A stretch of DNA of 64,000 nt from Deltaproteobacteria bacterium (GTDB lineage: Bacteria; Desulfobacterota; Syntrophia; Syntrophales; Smithellaceae). Within the stretch, counting starts at the first letter, position 1, and the number at the start of each line of letters is the position of its first letter. The stretch is from contig JAKLDS010000006.1 in the NCBI GenBank assembly GCA_022703375.1, forward strand, positions 2,798 to 66,797, read 5' to 3'. The notes beneath the pieces were generated by a model. That model had not been told where the DNA came from. It saw only the letters and a list, made by a program, of their open reading frames with translations, and made no database searches. Below, one piece after another: positions 21,911 through 31,137 of this stretch. The translations under genes and the position numbers were made by a program.

Positions 21911-22852
21911 TTAAGGGCAAAGCAATGCTGCGGTTTTTTGTAAAGAAACTGCATCTTCAATGCAGAACAACTGAATATTTTTATTAATCCTTTTAATCAG
22001 GCCGCACAGTGTTTTTTTGGGGCCTATTTCCACAATTGTTTGGACATCCATTGCGGACATTTTATCCACGGTTTGCCGCCATTGAACGGGAGAAATAATC
22101 TGATTGACCAGAAACTGCTTGGCGTTTTCCCTGCTGTAAAACATTTCAGGATTGCAGTTCGGGATTACCGGTATTGCAAAGTCTTTAAAGGTGACCCCGG
22201 CCAGAGTTTCCGCAAAACGGTCAGCGGCGCTCTGCAGAAGGCCACAGTGGCAGGGGACGCTGATCGGCAGTTCGACGACTTTCACTGCCCCTTTTTTTCT
22301 GGCTTCCACCATCACTTTTTCCACTGCGGCGGCGTGACCCGAAACGACAATTTGCTGCGGAGCGTTTTCAATGGCCACGGAGACCCTGGATTGCCCGGTG
22401 CTTATTTCCCGGCAGATTTCCGCAACCGAACCATCATCCATGCCGATGATGGCCGCCATAGCTCCTTCCCCCGGGGAGCAGGCTTCCTGGTGATAACGAG
22501 CACGGGCCTGCACCAGTAAGAGGACATCGGCAAAATCAATTGCCCCTGCCGCGTATAGAGCGCAATATTCTCCCAGGCTGTGTCCGGCTATGACATAAGG
22601 CGAGATATTTGTCTCTTTTTTGAAAACATCGTGCAGAGCCATGCTCAGAGTTAAGACGGCAATCTGCGTATTAACCGTTAAGTCGAGAACTTCCTGAGGC
22701 GACTCCAGGCAAAGTTTGCGAATATCAACGCCGAGCACAGAACTGGCACGATCAAAAACTTTTCTCGCCGTATCGTATCCGGCAAGCAGTGTTTTTCCCA
22801 TTCCCGTATGTTGAGTACCCTGCCCGGGAAAGACGAGCGCTATTCTTGTCAT
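21911..22852 (-). CDS. fabD: malonyl-CoA:ACP transacylase
   Basis: 313 aa. FPGQGTQHTGMG and GHSLGEY. Confidence 0.9.
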   Translation of the reverse strand: MTRIALVFPGQGTQHTGMGKTLLAGYDTARKVFDRASSVLGVDIRKLCLESPQEVLDLTVNTQIAVLTLSMALHDVFKKETNISPYVIAGHSLGEYCALYAAGAIDFADVLLLVQARARYHQEACSPGEGAMAAIIGMDDGSVAEICREISTGQSRVSVAIENAPQQIVVSGHAAAVEKVMVEARKKGAVKVVELPISVPCHCGLLQSAADRFAETLAGVTFKDFAIPVIPNCNPEMFYSRENAKQFLVNQIISPVQWRQTVDKMSAMDVQTIVEIGPKKTLCGLIKRINKNIQLFCIEDAVSLQKTAALLCP

Positions 22853-22881
22853 TTATTTTCTCGTTAAAAGACAATTCGACT

Positions 22882-23067
22882 TCAAGAAACTTTTTCTATC
22901 GCCTTGAATTCCCTTCCCTTATAGGTATGGCACTTGGGACAAACGCGATGAGGCAACTTCGGCTCATTGCATTGGGGGCAAAGGGATGTTGAAGGGGTTG
23001 TTAAAAAATCGTGAGCCCTTCTCGTATTGCGCCTGGTGCGCGAATGTCTTTTTACTGGATTTGGCAT
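22882..23067 (-). CDS. rpmF: 50S ribosomal protein L32
   Basis: 61 aa. MPNPVKRHSRTRRNTRRAH and CPQC..CPKC zinc knuckles. Confidence 0.9.
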   Translation of the reverse strand: MPNPVKRHSRTRRNTRRAHDFLTTPSTSLCPQCNEPKLPHRVCPKCHTYKGREFKAIEKVS

Positions 23068-23082
23068 GATTTATCCTCTTTT

Positions 23083-23625
23083 TCAGTTTTTTAATTTGAA
23101 ATTCTTTAAAACCGCCAGGCGTTCATCAATAAATTCCGCATGGCAACTGCATGAAGCATTGTTTAAATTAATTCCGCAGCGCGGACACAGTCCCCGGCAT
23201 TCTTCCGAGCAGAGAGCCTTAATAGGTATCTGAAGGATTATCTGCTCATAGAGCAAAGGTTCCAGATCAATAATGTCGCCGCGATAATAACTGATTTCCA
23301 GATCATCAGCGGATAATTCCAGCTCTTCTTCGGTTTCCAAGCGAAATGGCACAAGCGTGTAGGAAAAATCGCTGTTCAGAGGAAGACTGACGTTTTCCAG
23401 ACAACGGCTGCAGCAAATATCAAGTATTGCGGCGATTTTACCCCTGATGATGATATCACTACCGGCTTTGCTGATCAGGCAGTCAGCGGTCATTTCCCGC
23501 AAAGTAAAATTGGTTTCGCCTTCATCAGGCAACAGATCTTTAAACCAGCTGCCGCTTTCGGTCAGGCAAAGATGCAGACCCTGTTCCGGGATAGTGACTA
23601 CATTAATTTTCAAAGAATCCGGCAT
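23083..23625 (-). CDS. yceD: DUF177 (YceD-like) protein
   Basis: 180 aa. Conserved position upstream of rpmF. C-terminal CSEECRGLCPRCGINLN motif. Confidence 0.8.
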   Translation of the reverse strand: MPDSLKINVVTIPEQGLHLCLTESGSWFKDLLPDEGETNFTLREMTADCLISKAGSDIIIRGKIAAILDICCSRCLENVSLPLNSDFSYTLVPFRLETEEELELSADDLEISYYRGDIIDLEPLLYEQIILQIPIKALCSEECRGLCPRCGINLNNASCSCHAEFIDERLAVLKNFKLKN

Positions 23626-23853
23626 TTTAAATATGACCTGAAAAACCTACCTGCCCTTAATTTTAAGGGGTGGAGTTAATTACAAATTATGCCCCTTGTC
23701 AAGAACAATTTATTAGCCTCGTCAAATTGTCGTTGATTTATGTTCTCCTTCCTGCTAGGGTTTTTGCCATAAAGTCGCCGGCAGGAAGTTGCTTTAATAA
23801 CTAAATGATATCGTTGGCGTTATGATATAGCCATAACACGAAAAAGGTGATTT

Positions 23854-25245
23854 GTGGATATTACAGAGGAAAAACACCTTCAGGAAAAGGTCATTTTTTA
23901 TGAGGCCATTCTCAACAATATTCTCAACGGTGTTTTAATTACCGATCCCGAGGGAAAGGTCATCTTCTTCAGCGAAGCATACGGCAAATTTCTGGGATTG
24001 GATCCAGAAACGCAAATCGGCAGGCATACCTCTGAGGTTGTCGAAAATTCCCGCATGCATATTGTAGCAAAAACAGGCATTCCGGAAATTAACCATCCCC
24101 AAAGAATTAACGGGCACAACATGGTCGTTCAGCGTATTCCGATAAAAATTGACGGCAAGCTTGTTGCGGTTTTCGGCCAGGTTATGTTTGCCGATGTCAA
24201 AGACGTGCATGTGCTGGCCGGTAAGTTGAGTATTCTGGAATCGAAAGTTAAACTGTACGAAAAAGAGTTGGAAAATCTCCGGGCGTCCAAATATGGTTTT
24301 AAAAATATTATCGGTCGCAGCATGGTCATGGTGGATATCAAAAATCTTGCCCTGAAAGCCGCCAAGGGGAATGCTCCGATAATGCTTACCGGCGAAAGCG
24401 GTACCGGCAAGGAACTCTTTGCCCACGCCATCCACCGCGCCTCCGATCGCCATATGTTTCCCTTTGTGCGCATTAATTGTTCGGCTATTCCCAAGGATTT
24501 GATGGAAAGCGAACTTTTCGGCTACGAGCAAGGCGCTTATACGGGAGCCGGCACCAAAGGAAAGCCGGGCAAATTTGAACTGGCTCACCAGGGGACAATC
24601 TTTCTTGATGAAATCAGCGAATTATCTCTTGATATGCAACCCAAGCTGCTGCGGGTTTTGGAAGAAAAAGAAATAGAGCGGGTGGGCGGAAACCGCATTA
24701 ATAAAATTGATTTCCGGCTTATCGCCGCGACGCATGAAAATCTGGAAAAAAGAGTCAAAGAAGGAAAATTCCGCAAAGATTTATATTACCGGATCAATGT
24801 CATCCCATTAAATATACCGCCGCTGCGGGAAAGAAAAGAAGACATTTCTCTGTTGTCGAACCACCTGGTTGAATCGTTAGGCAAGGATTGCGGCACCAAT
24901 GTTCTGAAAATTTCACCGGACGTTCTGAAAATATTTGAAAAATATGAATGGCCGGGCAATGTTCGCGAACTTTCCAATGTTATCGAAAGAGTACTGTGTT
25001 CGCTGGAGGGTGTGACGGATACCATGCTGCCGGAGCATTTGCCGCTTTTCTTTCGCACTTTGACCAGCAAACCAGCCAAACCTTATTCTGTCATTCTGAA
25101 AAATATTAAGGATGATTCGGAAAGAGACGCGCTTGTCCAGGCCATGCGCATGACAGAAAATAACAAAAATAAGGCGGCCCGGATGCTCGGCATCCATCGC
25201 ACGGCCCTTTATAAGAAATTAAAGAAACTCAACATTCCTTTATAA
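23854..25245 (+). CDS. sigma-54-dependent transcriptional activator with N-terminal PAS domain
   Basis: 463 aa with a GTG start. PAS-like ILNGVLITDPEGKVIFFSEAY. AAA+ motifs GESGTGKE, GAYTGA (GAFTGA variant), FLDEI. C-terminal Fis-type HTH AARMLGIHRTALYKKLKK. Confidence 0.85.
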   Translation: MDITEEKHLQEKVIFYEAILNNILNGVLITDPEGKVIFFSEAYGKFLGLDPETQIGRHTSEVVENSRMHIVAKTGIPEINHPQRINGHNMVVQRIPIKIDGKLVAVFGQVMFADVKDVHVLAGKLSILESKVKLYEKELENLRASKYGFKNIIGRSMVMVDIKNLALKAAKGNAPIMLTGESGTGKELFAHAIHRASDRHMFPFVRINCSAIPKDLMESELFGYEQGAYTGAGTKGKPGKFELAHQGTIFLDEISELSLDMQPKLLRVLEEKEIERVGGNRINKIDFRLIAATHENLEKRVKEGKFRKDLYYRINVIPLNIPPLRERKEDISLLSNHLVESLGKDCGTNVLKISPDVLKIFEKYEWPGNVRELSNVIERVLCSLEGVTDTMLPEHLPLFFRTLTSKPAKPYSVILKNIKDDSERDALVQAMRMTENNKNKAARMLGIHRTALYKKLKKLNIPL

Positions 25246-25249
25246 CAGC

Positions 25250-26011
25250 CTATTCGTGCCTTTTGATTATTTCCTGACAAAGACCGGAAAAATCTTCAGC
25301 GCCATGGCTTCTCGGCGCGTATTCGAAAATAGTCTGTCCGAAACTGGGGGCTTCCGCAACCGCAATGTTTTCGCGAATAACAGTGGAAAATAAAATTTTG
25401 CCGAAACGCTCGCCGATTTTTTCCATAATGGCATTATTTAATCTTTTGCGCGAATCGAAACGGGTGGCAATGATTCCCGATATTTTCAGTTCGCTGTTAT
25501 AGCGCTCTTTCACTTGTTCGATACGGCTTATCAGCCTGGACATGCCTTTCAACGCCAGAAACTCCATCTGCAGGGGAATATAAATCTCCCGGCTACAGGC
25601 CAGAGCATTTATGGTCAGAAATCCCGCGGCAGGCGGACAGTCAATAATAATATATTCTTTATCACGAACATCCGCTAGTTTATTTTTTAAGGTAAATTCA
25701 CCATCGGGAAAGGCGGCCGGTTCACTTTCAATTTCCGACAGGTCAAGGTTTGCCGGCAGCACACTTATTCCATTGTGTTCCAGAATTGTTGCGGCAAGAC
25801 CGGTCTCGCCTTTCAGAACTGAATAAACTGTTTTTTCCAGATCGTGCGCGGCAATGCCCAGAGAATAGGTCAAATGAGCCTGAGGATCAAAATCCACCAG
25901 CAGAACTTCCCTGCCCAACAGAGTCAATCCGGCTGCGATATTCAAAGCGCAGGAGGTTTTACCCACTCCCCCTTTCTGGTTAAAGAGTGCCAGAATCTTC
26001 GGCTTCTTCAT
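25250..26011 (-). CDS. ParA/Soj-family ATPase (deviant Walker A)
   Basis: 253 aa. ALFNQKGGVGKTS, VLLVDFDPQ, IIIDCPP. Confidence 0.85.
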   Translation of the reverse strand: MKKPKILALFNQKGGVGKTSCALNIAAGLTLLGREVLLVDFDPQAHLTYSLGIAAHDLEKTVYSVLKGETGLAATILEHNGISVLPANLDLSEIESEPAAFPDGEFTLKNKLADVRDKEYIIIDCPPAAGFLTINALACSREIYIPLQMEFLALKGMSRLISRIEQVKERYNSELKISGIIATRFDSRKRLNNAIMEKIGERFGKILFSTVIRENIAVAEAPSFGQTIFEYAPRSHGAEDFSGLCQEIIKRHE

Positions 26012-26030
26012 TAATAAACCTTACTGTTCT

Positions 26031-27866
26031 TTAAAAATCATCATCCGGTGCCGGCAGCGACTTCTTTTTCGGTGCCGCCGTCTTTCGCAAAATATTTCTT
26101 CCTGTTGCTTCCGGCAGAGCAACAAATGCTTTCCTCTGCATGTTGCCGCTGCCACCGACCAGGGCTACCAGGTCCACCACGGATTCTTTCATGGTTTTGG
26201 ACTGGGCACTCAATTCTTCTGAAGCCGAGGCTGTTTCTTCAGCGTTGGAGGCGTTACTTTGCACGATTTTATCGAGATCATTCACTGCTTTGCTGATTTG
26301 TTCAATGCCTTGCGCCTGTTCATGGGACGCCGCCGCAATTTCGCTGATCAGTTCACTGATTTTCCCCGAACTTGCGGTCACCTCATTAAAATCCTGATTA
26401 GTCTTGGCGACAATTTCGGAACCATTCTTTATTTTGATTACCGTATCTTCGATTAATACACCCGTATTTTTTGCAGCTTCAGCGGAGCGCAACGCCAAAC
26501 TGCGCACCTCTTCGGCTACTACTGCAAAACCAGCGCCGGCTTCTCCGGCACGGGCAGCTTCGACGGCCGCGTTTAAGGCCAGCAGATTTGTCTGGAAAGC
26601 AATTTCATCGATGGTTTTAATTATTTTGGAAGTTTGCTCGCTTGCTCCGGAAATCTCGCCCATGGCCCGGATTAAATCTTTCATCGAGTCGTTGGCCCGG
26701 CCGACTACCTGTTGAGTTTGGCTCATCAATTGGTTGGCCTGGGTGGAGTTATCGGCATTTTGTCTGGTCATGGAAGACATTTCTTCCAGCGAAGATGAAG
26801 TCTCCTCAACCGCCGCCGCCTGCTGTGATGCTCCATCCGCCAGAGATTGACTGGCCGCGGAGATTTGGGTGGCCGCTCCGTCGATCTGGTTGCTGGCATT
26901 ATCCAGGTCGAACGAAGTTGTTTGAATGACCTGAAACACTTTTCTGGTTTGAATATACAGACCGGCAATAATTAAACCGACAGCAATAAGACTGCATAAT
27001 AAAGATAAATACATGATCTGATTTAAAGAAGAGAAAAGCTCGGATTTCGGCGCAGTGACGCAAATCATCCAGTCTTTTTTACTTGCCATGCCAAAGCTGA
27101 CTATTTTTTTCTCACCTTCAAAAGTATATTCTATCGAACCTTGTTTTTGGGTGAGCATCTTTTTGCCCCAATCGTATTTGGATATATCGAGCTTGAGGAT
27201 ATTTTCTTTCTTGGGGTGGGCGAGAATTATTCCCCTGGAATCGACCATATAAATGTAGCCGGTCTTGGCGATTTTGAATTTGGATATTAACAGATCGGCA
27301 AAATAAGTTAACGAAACCGGCGTGCCGATCAGGCCGACGACTTTACCGGTATTATCACTGACAGGAGAAGAAACAAGAACAATGGGCTGGCCGGTGGCCA
27401 TGGATTTCTGCACATCCCCCACCCATGTTTTGTTTTCTTTGGCCTTTTCCACGTTTATCTTGAATCCGGCATTTTTGGATAAATCATTGCCGACAGACTG
27501 GCCCGCAATGGCGTCAATGTTAATAACTCCATAAGTATCCGCCACCCACATATCTTCCAGAATGGGATAAAACTTATGAAATCCGACCAAGCGGGATTGC
27601 GCGGTGGCCAGTTCTTTTTCCAGGCAGGCATCTTTAAAAACATCCAATTGGGCCAGTACCTGCACATCCCGGATACGGTCATCAACCCACATATCGATTT
27701 CCGCTGTAGTCTTATGGGCGATTTGCTCCATACTGTCGAGTTGACCGCTAACGATGGCGTTTCTGGCAACTATATAATTCAATACCCCCAATAAGAAAAT
27801 AGCGATAATCGCTATCGGTATTATAGTGTAAAGAAGCTTATGTTGAAAATTAGCATTGCGGCCCAT
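26031..27866 (-). CDS. methyl-accepting chemotaxis protein with periplasmic double-Cache-like sensor
   Basis: 611 aa. N-terminal TM, about 270-aa Cache-like region, second TM. Signalling domain with the highly conserved hairpin [40 protein letters not shown]. Confidence 0.9.
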   Translation of the reverse strand: MGRNANFQHKLLYTIIPIAIIAIFLLGVLNYIVARNAIVSGQLDSMEQIAHKTTAEIDMWVDDRIRDVQVLAQLDVFKDACLEKELATAQSRLVGFHKFYPILEDMWVADTYGVINIDAIAGQSVGNDLSKNAGFKINVEKAKENKTWVGDVQKSMATGQPIVLVSSPVSDNTGKVVGLIGTPVSLTYFADLLISKFKIAKTGYIYMVDSRGIILAHPKKENILKLDISKYDWGKKMLTQKQGSIEYTFEGEKKIVSFGMASKKDWMICVTAPKSELFSSLNQIMYLSLLCSLIAVGLIIAGLYIQTRKVFQVIQTTSFDLDNASNQIDGAATQISAASQSLADGASQQAAAVEETSSSLEEMSSMTRQNADNSTQANQLMSQTQQVVGRANDSMKDLIRAMGEISGASEQTSKIIKTIDEIAFQTNLLALNAAVEAARAGEAGAGFAVVAEEVRSLALRSAEAAKNTGVLIEDTVIKIKNGSEIVAKTNQDFNEVTASSGKISELISEIAAASHEQAQGIEQISKAVNDLDKIVQSNASNAEETASASEELSAQSKTMKESVVDLVALVGGSGNMQRKAFVALPEATGRNILRKTAAPKKKSLPAPDDDF

Positions 27867-27890
27867 CCTTACATTTCTCCTTTCCGGATA

Positions 27891-28790
27891 TTATATACAT
27901 TGCCTGCTGAATTCTTTAATGATTTCAGATATATCTCCTGGTTTCTGCATTGGGAGCAGATGTCCTGCAGCGGCAACCGCCTGATACTTTCCCCGACTCA
28001 GCAGCGAAACAGCCCTTTTAATATCAACGAATTTTTTATTTTCGCTTGCTTCGCCTTCCAAAACAAGAACAGGACAGGATATCCTGCTTAATAAAGGCCA
28101 GGGATTGCAAAATCTGCCGCCCATAAAGAGCGCCGCTTCACATTGCGGTGAGCACGTCAGATGAAGGCTGCCGTCTTTTTGTTTCTGCATGCCGAATTCG
28201 AAATAAATCTGCAGCGCTTTTTCGTCCCATCCCGCAAAAAGGCTTTTTGCCCGCAAATATTTCCAAGCCTCCTGCTCGTTTTGCCAGTGATTTACTCTTT
28301 TGATTGATCTGCTGGCCAGAGGGTGATCCTTCAGCTTCAATGGCATGGAGTAAAATGCTGCCGGTAAAAAAATCGGTTCGATGAGAACAATGCCCCTGGC
28401 TTGCAGTCCATAAAGAGCATTGGCGATAGTCAATACCGTTGCTCCCATGGAATGTCCCACCAGCAAAGGGTCTGTAATTTTTAATTCCCGGCAAAAGGCG
28501 GCTACGTCTTTTGCTATTACCTCCCAGTCAAGACCACCTTCTTCCGGATCGGACGGGCGATAATTGCAGATAAAGGGTGCAAGGGAGCGAAAACGCGGAA
28601 TTATTTGTTCGATTACCGGCTGCCACAGCCAGGGAAGAAACCCTGTGGCATGTAAATATATTATGGCCGGAGATTTACCGGCAAAATCAAGATATGGTAA
28701 TTGAGCGTCGCCGATATTCAACGCCTCGAGTTCCGGCATTTTTTCGGCAGAGTGCCGGGAAGTTTGCTGTTCCGGTCCCGGCCTTCTCAT
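27891..28790 (-). CDS. alpha/beta hydrolase
   Basis: 299 aa with the GHSMG nucleophile elbow. The start overlaps the cheW stop as ATGA (28787-28790). Confidence 0.75.
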   Translation of the reverse strand: MRRPGPEQQTSRHSAEKMPELEALNIGDAQLPYLDFAGKSPAIIYLHATGFLPWLWQPVIEQIIPRFRSLAPFICNYRPSDPEEGGLDWEVIAKDVAAFCRELKITDPLLVGHSMGATVLTIANALYGLQARGIVLIEPIFLPAAFYSMPLKLKDHPLASRSIKRVNHWQNEQEAWKYLRAKSLFAGWDEKALQIYFEFGMQKQKDGSLHLTCSPQCEAALFMGGRFCNPWPLLSRISCPVLVLEGEASENKKFVDIKRAVSLLSRGKYQAVAAAGHLLPMQKPGDISEIIKEFSRQCI

Positions 28791-29302
28791 GTACCAACGC
28801 GATCCATGAGGATAGCTTCTTCGACGGACAAGACACTATCAATATCCAGCAGTATCTTGATTCCTCCTCCTACCTTCGCCAAACCCAGAATGAATTCCGT
28901 ATTGAGTTTGGTGCCGAATGCCGGAGTTTCTTCAATGTCTGCTGACTTGATATTCAATACTTCGGAAACTGAATCCACGACAATACCCATGAGGATGGTG
29001 CGCCCCTTGGCCGATATTTCCACCACTATGATGCAGGTTCTTTCCGTATATTCCGCCTGCTGTATGGAAAATTTCGCCCGCAGATCGATAACGGGAATTA
29101 CCTTGCCGCGCAGGTTAATAACACCTTTTATATAATCAGGCGTCTGGGGGACGATTGTTATAGTCATCATACCGATGATTTCTTTAACCTTCAAAATGCC
29201 GATGCCATATTCCTCGCCGGCCAGACTGAAAGTCAGATATTTTCCTTCTCTGTCACCCATAACCTTTACCGCTTGATTAATTACTGTCGCATGTTCCCCC
29301 AT
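28787..29302 (-). CDS. cheW: chemotaxis coupling protein CheW
   Basis: 171 aa. YLTFSLAGEEYGIGILKVKEI..GVINLRGKVIPVIDLR..GIVVDSVSEVL. Confidence 0.9.
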   Translation of the reverse strand: MGEHATVINQAVKVMGDREGKYLTFSLAGEEYGIGILKVKEIIGMMTITIVPQTPDYIKGVINLRGKVIPVIDLRAKFSIQQAEYTERTCIIVVEISAKGRTILMGIVVDSVSEVLNIKSADIEETPAFGTKLNTEFILGLAKVGGGIKILLDIDSVLSVEEAILMDRVGT

Positions 29303-29404
29303 AGTTAATCTCCTTCATCCGAATTGTTCTGCCGGGTCGCAACTGGTTGTTGCGGTTGCCGCAGAAAAGCTAATAATGTTTATCAAGAACACAATAATCT
29401 CTGA

Positions 29405-29992
29405 TTAAAAAATAAATACTGCTGCAGCGATAACAGTTGTATATTTATTGTTTTTTAAAATTGTTGATTGCGTTACGTTGCGTGTGCGCACTATCTTACC
29501 GCTGATTTTGAATATTTCTTTTTTCTCATCCCAGCTTTCGTCAACGTTAAAATCAATGCCCAGGGTTGATGCCAGCATGGCGGCGGCCATATCTTCCGCG
29601 TAATCACCAGCCTGCTTTTCTGTTGCTCCATAAGCATGATGTTCGCTGATGTAGCCGTAGGAGTTTTTATCGGCCGGAATCGCGCAACCAACGGAAGCGG
29701 CCAGCAGTCTTTTCGGTTCATTACTGCAACAGCGGCTCATCACACAAAAGGTTATCGCGCCCGCCACCAGTTCCTTTAAGCCCTGCGCTTTGGAAATCAT
29801 CTTGCATTGCGGCGGGAAAATGCTCGATACCTGAACCAGATTGCATTTTTCAATTCCCGCATCACGCAAAGCGCGCTCGAATGAATGAAGCTCGTCTTTA
29901 TGAGTGCCTACACCCTTGGTAAAGAATATTTTCTTCGGTACAAAATCATGCACTTTCCTGCTCCTTCTTTCCCGACCGGTAAGCCGGGACAA
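29405..29992 (-). CDS. pdaD: pyruvoyl-dependent arginine decarboxylase
   Basis: 195 aa. [44 protein letters not shown] contains the VSS self-cleavage site region. The true start may be downstream of the tracked one. Confidence 0.8.
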   Translation of the reverse strand: MSRLTGRERRSRKVHDFVPKKIFFTKGVGTHKDELHSFERALRDAGIEKCNLVQVSSIFPPQCKMISKAQGLKELVAGAITFCVMSRCCSNEPKRLLAASVGCAIPADKNSYGYISEHHAYGATEKQAGDYAEDMAAAMLASTLGIDFNVDESWDEKKEIFKISGKIVRTRNVTQSTILKNNKYTTVIAAAVFIF

Positions 29993-30016
29993 TTTAAATT
30001 ATTTTTCCGGCATTAT

Positions 30017-30484
30017 TCATCCGCCTGCCGTCTGGGCAAAAGCGGTATTGCTGTAAAGATATTCCACCTTTTCTTTGTGCATTAACTCCTGGGCGGCCAT
30101 TTTTAAGAGCATTGTTTTTATTTCGCCGGCCGGATGCAACCCGGCCATTGCCTGATAAAAATTGTACGATTTAAGCTCACGTGCGGCGGCCAGCAGATAA
30201 ACATCCTTGCTATCCATATTGTAATTTACTTCGGGCGGCGCAAGAAAGGCGGCAATTTTATCTCCCACTGCCTGCTCGGCATTGCCGGCCTCGCTGATAA
30301 AATTATCGCGGCGATAACGCAGCAAAAATTCTTTATGTTTTCCTTCCTCGGCAGCTAAATACAAGAGTGTATCCTGTGTTGCTTTATCAGTAACTTTTTC
30401 CGCCAGATTTGAATAAAAGAGCCTGGCTTCTTCTTCATTAGCGATGGCTTTTTCAATAATCGCGTCAAATTGAAGATTTTTCAT
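30017..30484 (-). CDS. ferritin-like / rubrerythrin-family di-iron protein
   Basis: Start taken at the ATG at 30482-30484 (MKNLQFDAIIEKAIANEEEARLFY), giving 155 aa. Two E-x-x-H motifs (EEGKH, QELMH). Confidence 0.65.
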   Translation of the reverse strand: MKNLQFDAIIEKAIANEEEARLFYSNLAEKVTDKATQDTLLYLAAEEGKHKEFLLRYRRDNFISEAGNAEQAVGDKIAAFLAPPEVNYNMDSKDVYLLAAARELKSYNFYQAMAGLHPAGEIKTMLLKMAAQELMHKEKVEYLYSNTAFAQTAGG

Positions 30485-30486
30485 AT

Positions 30487-30973
30487 CTAATACTCCGTTA
30501 AAACTGACAGACCTCTTTCTCCTACCAGAATAATCCGTGTATGCGTCAGCCGCTGGGCGATCAGTTTCGCAGTCGCCTGCATGATTTTTAAACCAACAGC
30601 ACAATCTTCATCAATAATTTTGCGCAGAAGGGCTGCATCAAAAACAATTAAACGGGAATCATCTATGCAGAGGGCGCCCAGGGTGTAAATGTATGGCTCC
30701 ATAACAGCCGACCAGCCCATGGCCTCGCCTTTGGTAATCATATCCACGGTAACCTGCATGGGAGGTTTGTGCGGCCCCATATAATTTTCCATAAATAAGA
30801 CGACTTTCCCCTCTGTAACAATATAGAGGCTTTTCGCTTCATCTCCTTTTTGATACATCTGGGTGCCGGCGGCATGTGATTCTTCTTTAGCCAGAGAGGC
30901 TAATTTCCCTAACTGTTCATCGCTGAAACCTTGAAAAAAAGGGATAGTTTTTCAAAGAGCTAACCTCAATCAT
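30487..30973 (-). pseudogene. cyclic-nucleotide-binding domain protein interrupted by a 1-nt frameshift in a T7 run (real or a sequencing artefact)
   Basis: ATG at 30971-30973 gives MIEVSSLKNYPFF. Removing one T from the run at 30934-30940 joins it to QGFSDEQLGKLASLAKEESHAAGTQMYQKGDEAKSLYIVTEGKV. The span is 487 nt, which is 3n+1. The tracked ORF 30487-30858 is only the 3' part. Confidence 0.7.
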
Positions 30974-31137
30974 AAGACATCTCCTTTTTATTAATTTGTT
31001 TCGTTCTCCTTATACCAGCCTTCGATTTCTTATGCCAGAAAATTATTTACCGAAAGTGCTGACGGACAGTCATTACACCTTGCTCAAAATACAAAAAGGG
31101 TTTATAAATCTTTCAAAATAAAGGCGAAAGAATTAAC

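Noticed and set aside
26404-26720. DNA similarity of roughly 80 percent over about 110 nt between the two MCP genes (also 56596-56830), considered as a possible dispersed repeat or mobile element
   Set aside because: It coincides exactly with the universally conserved signalling hairpin ([33 protein letters not shown]). Purifying selection on paralogous receptors explains it.
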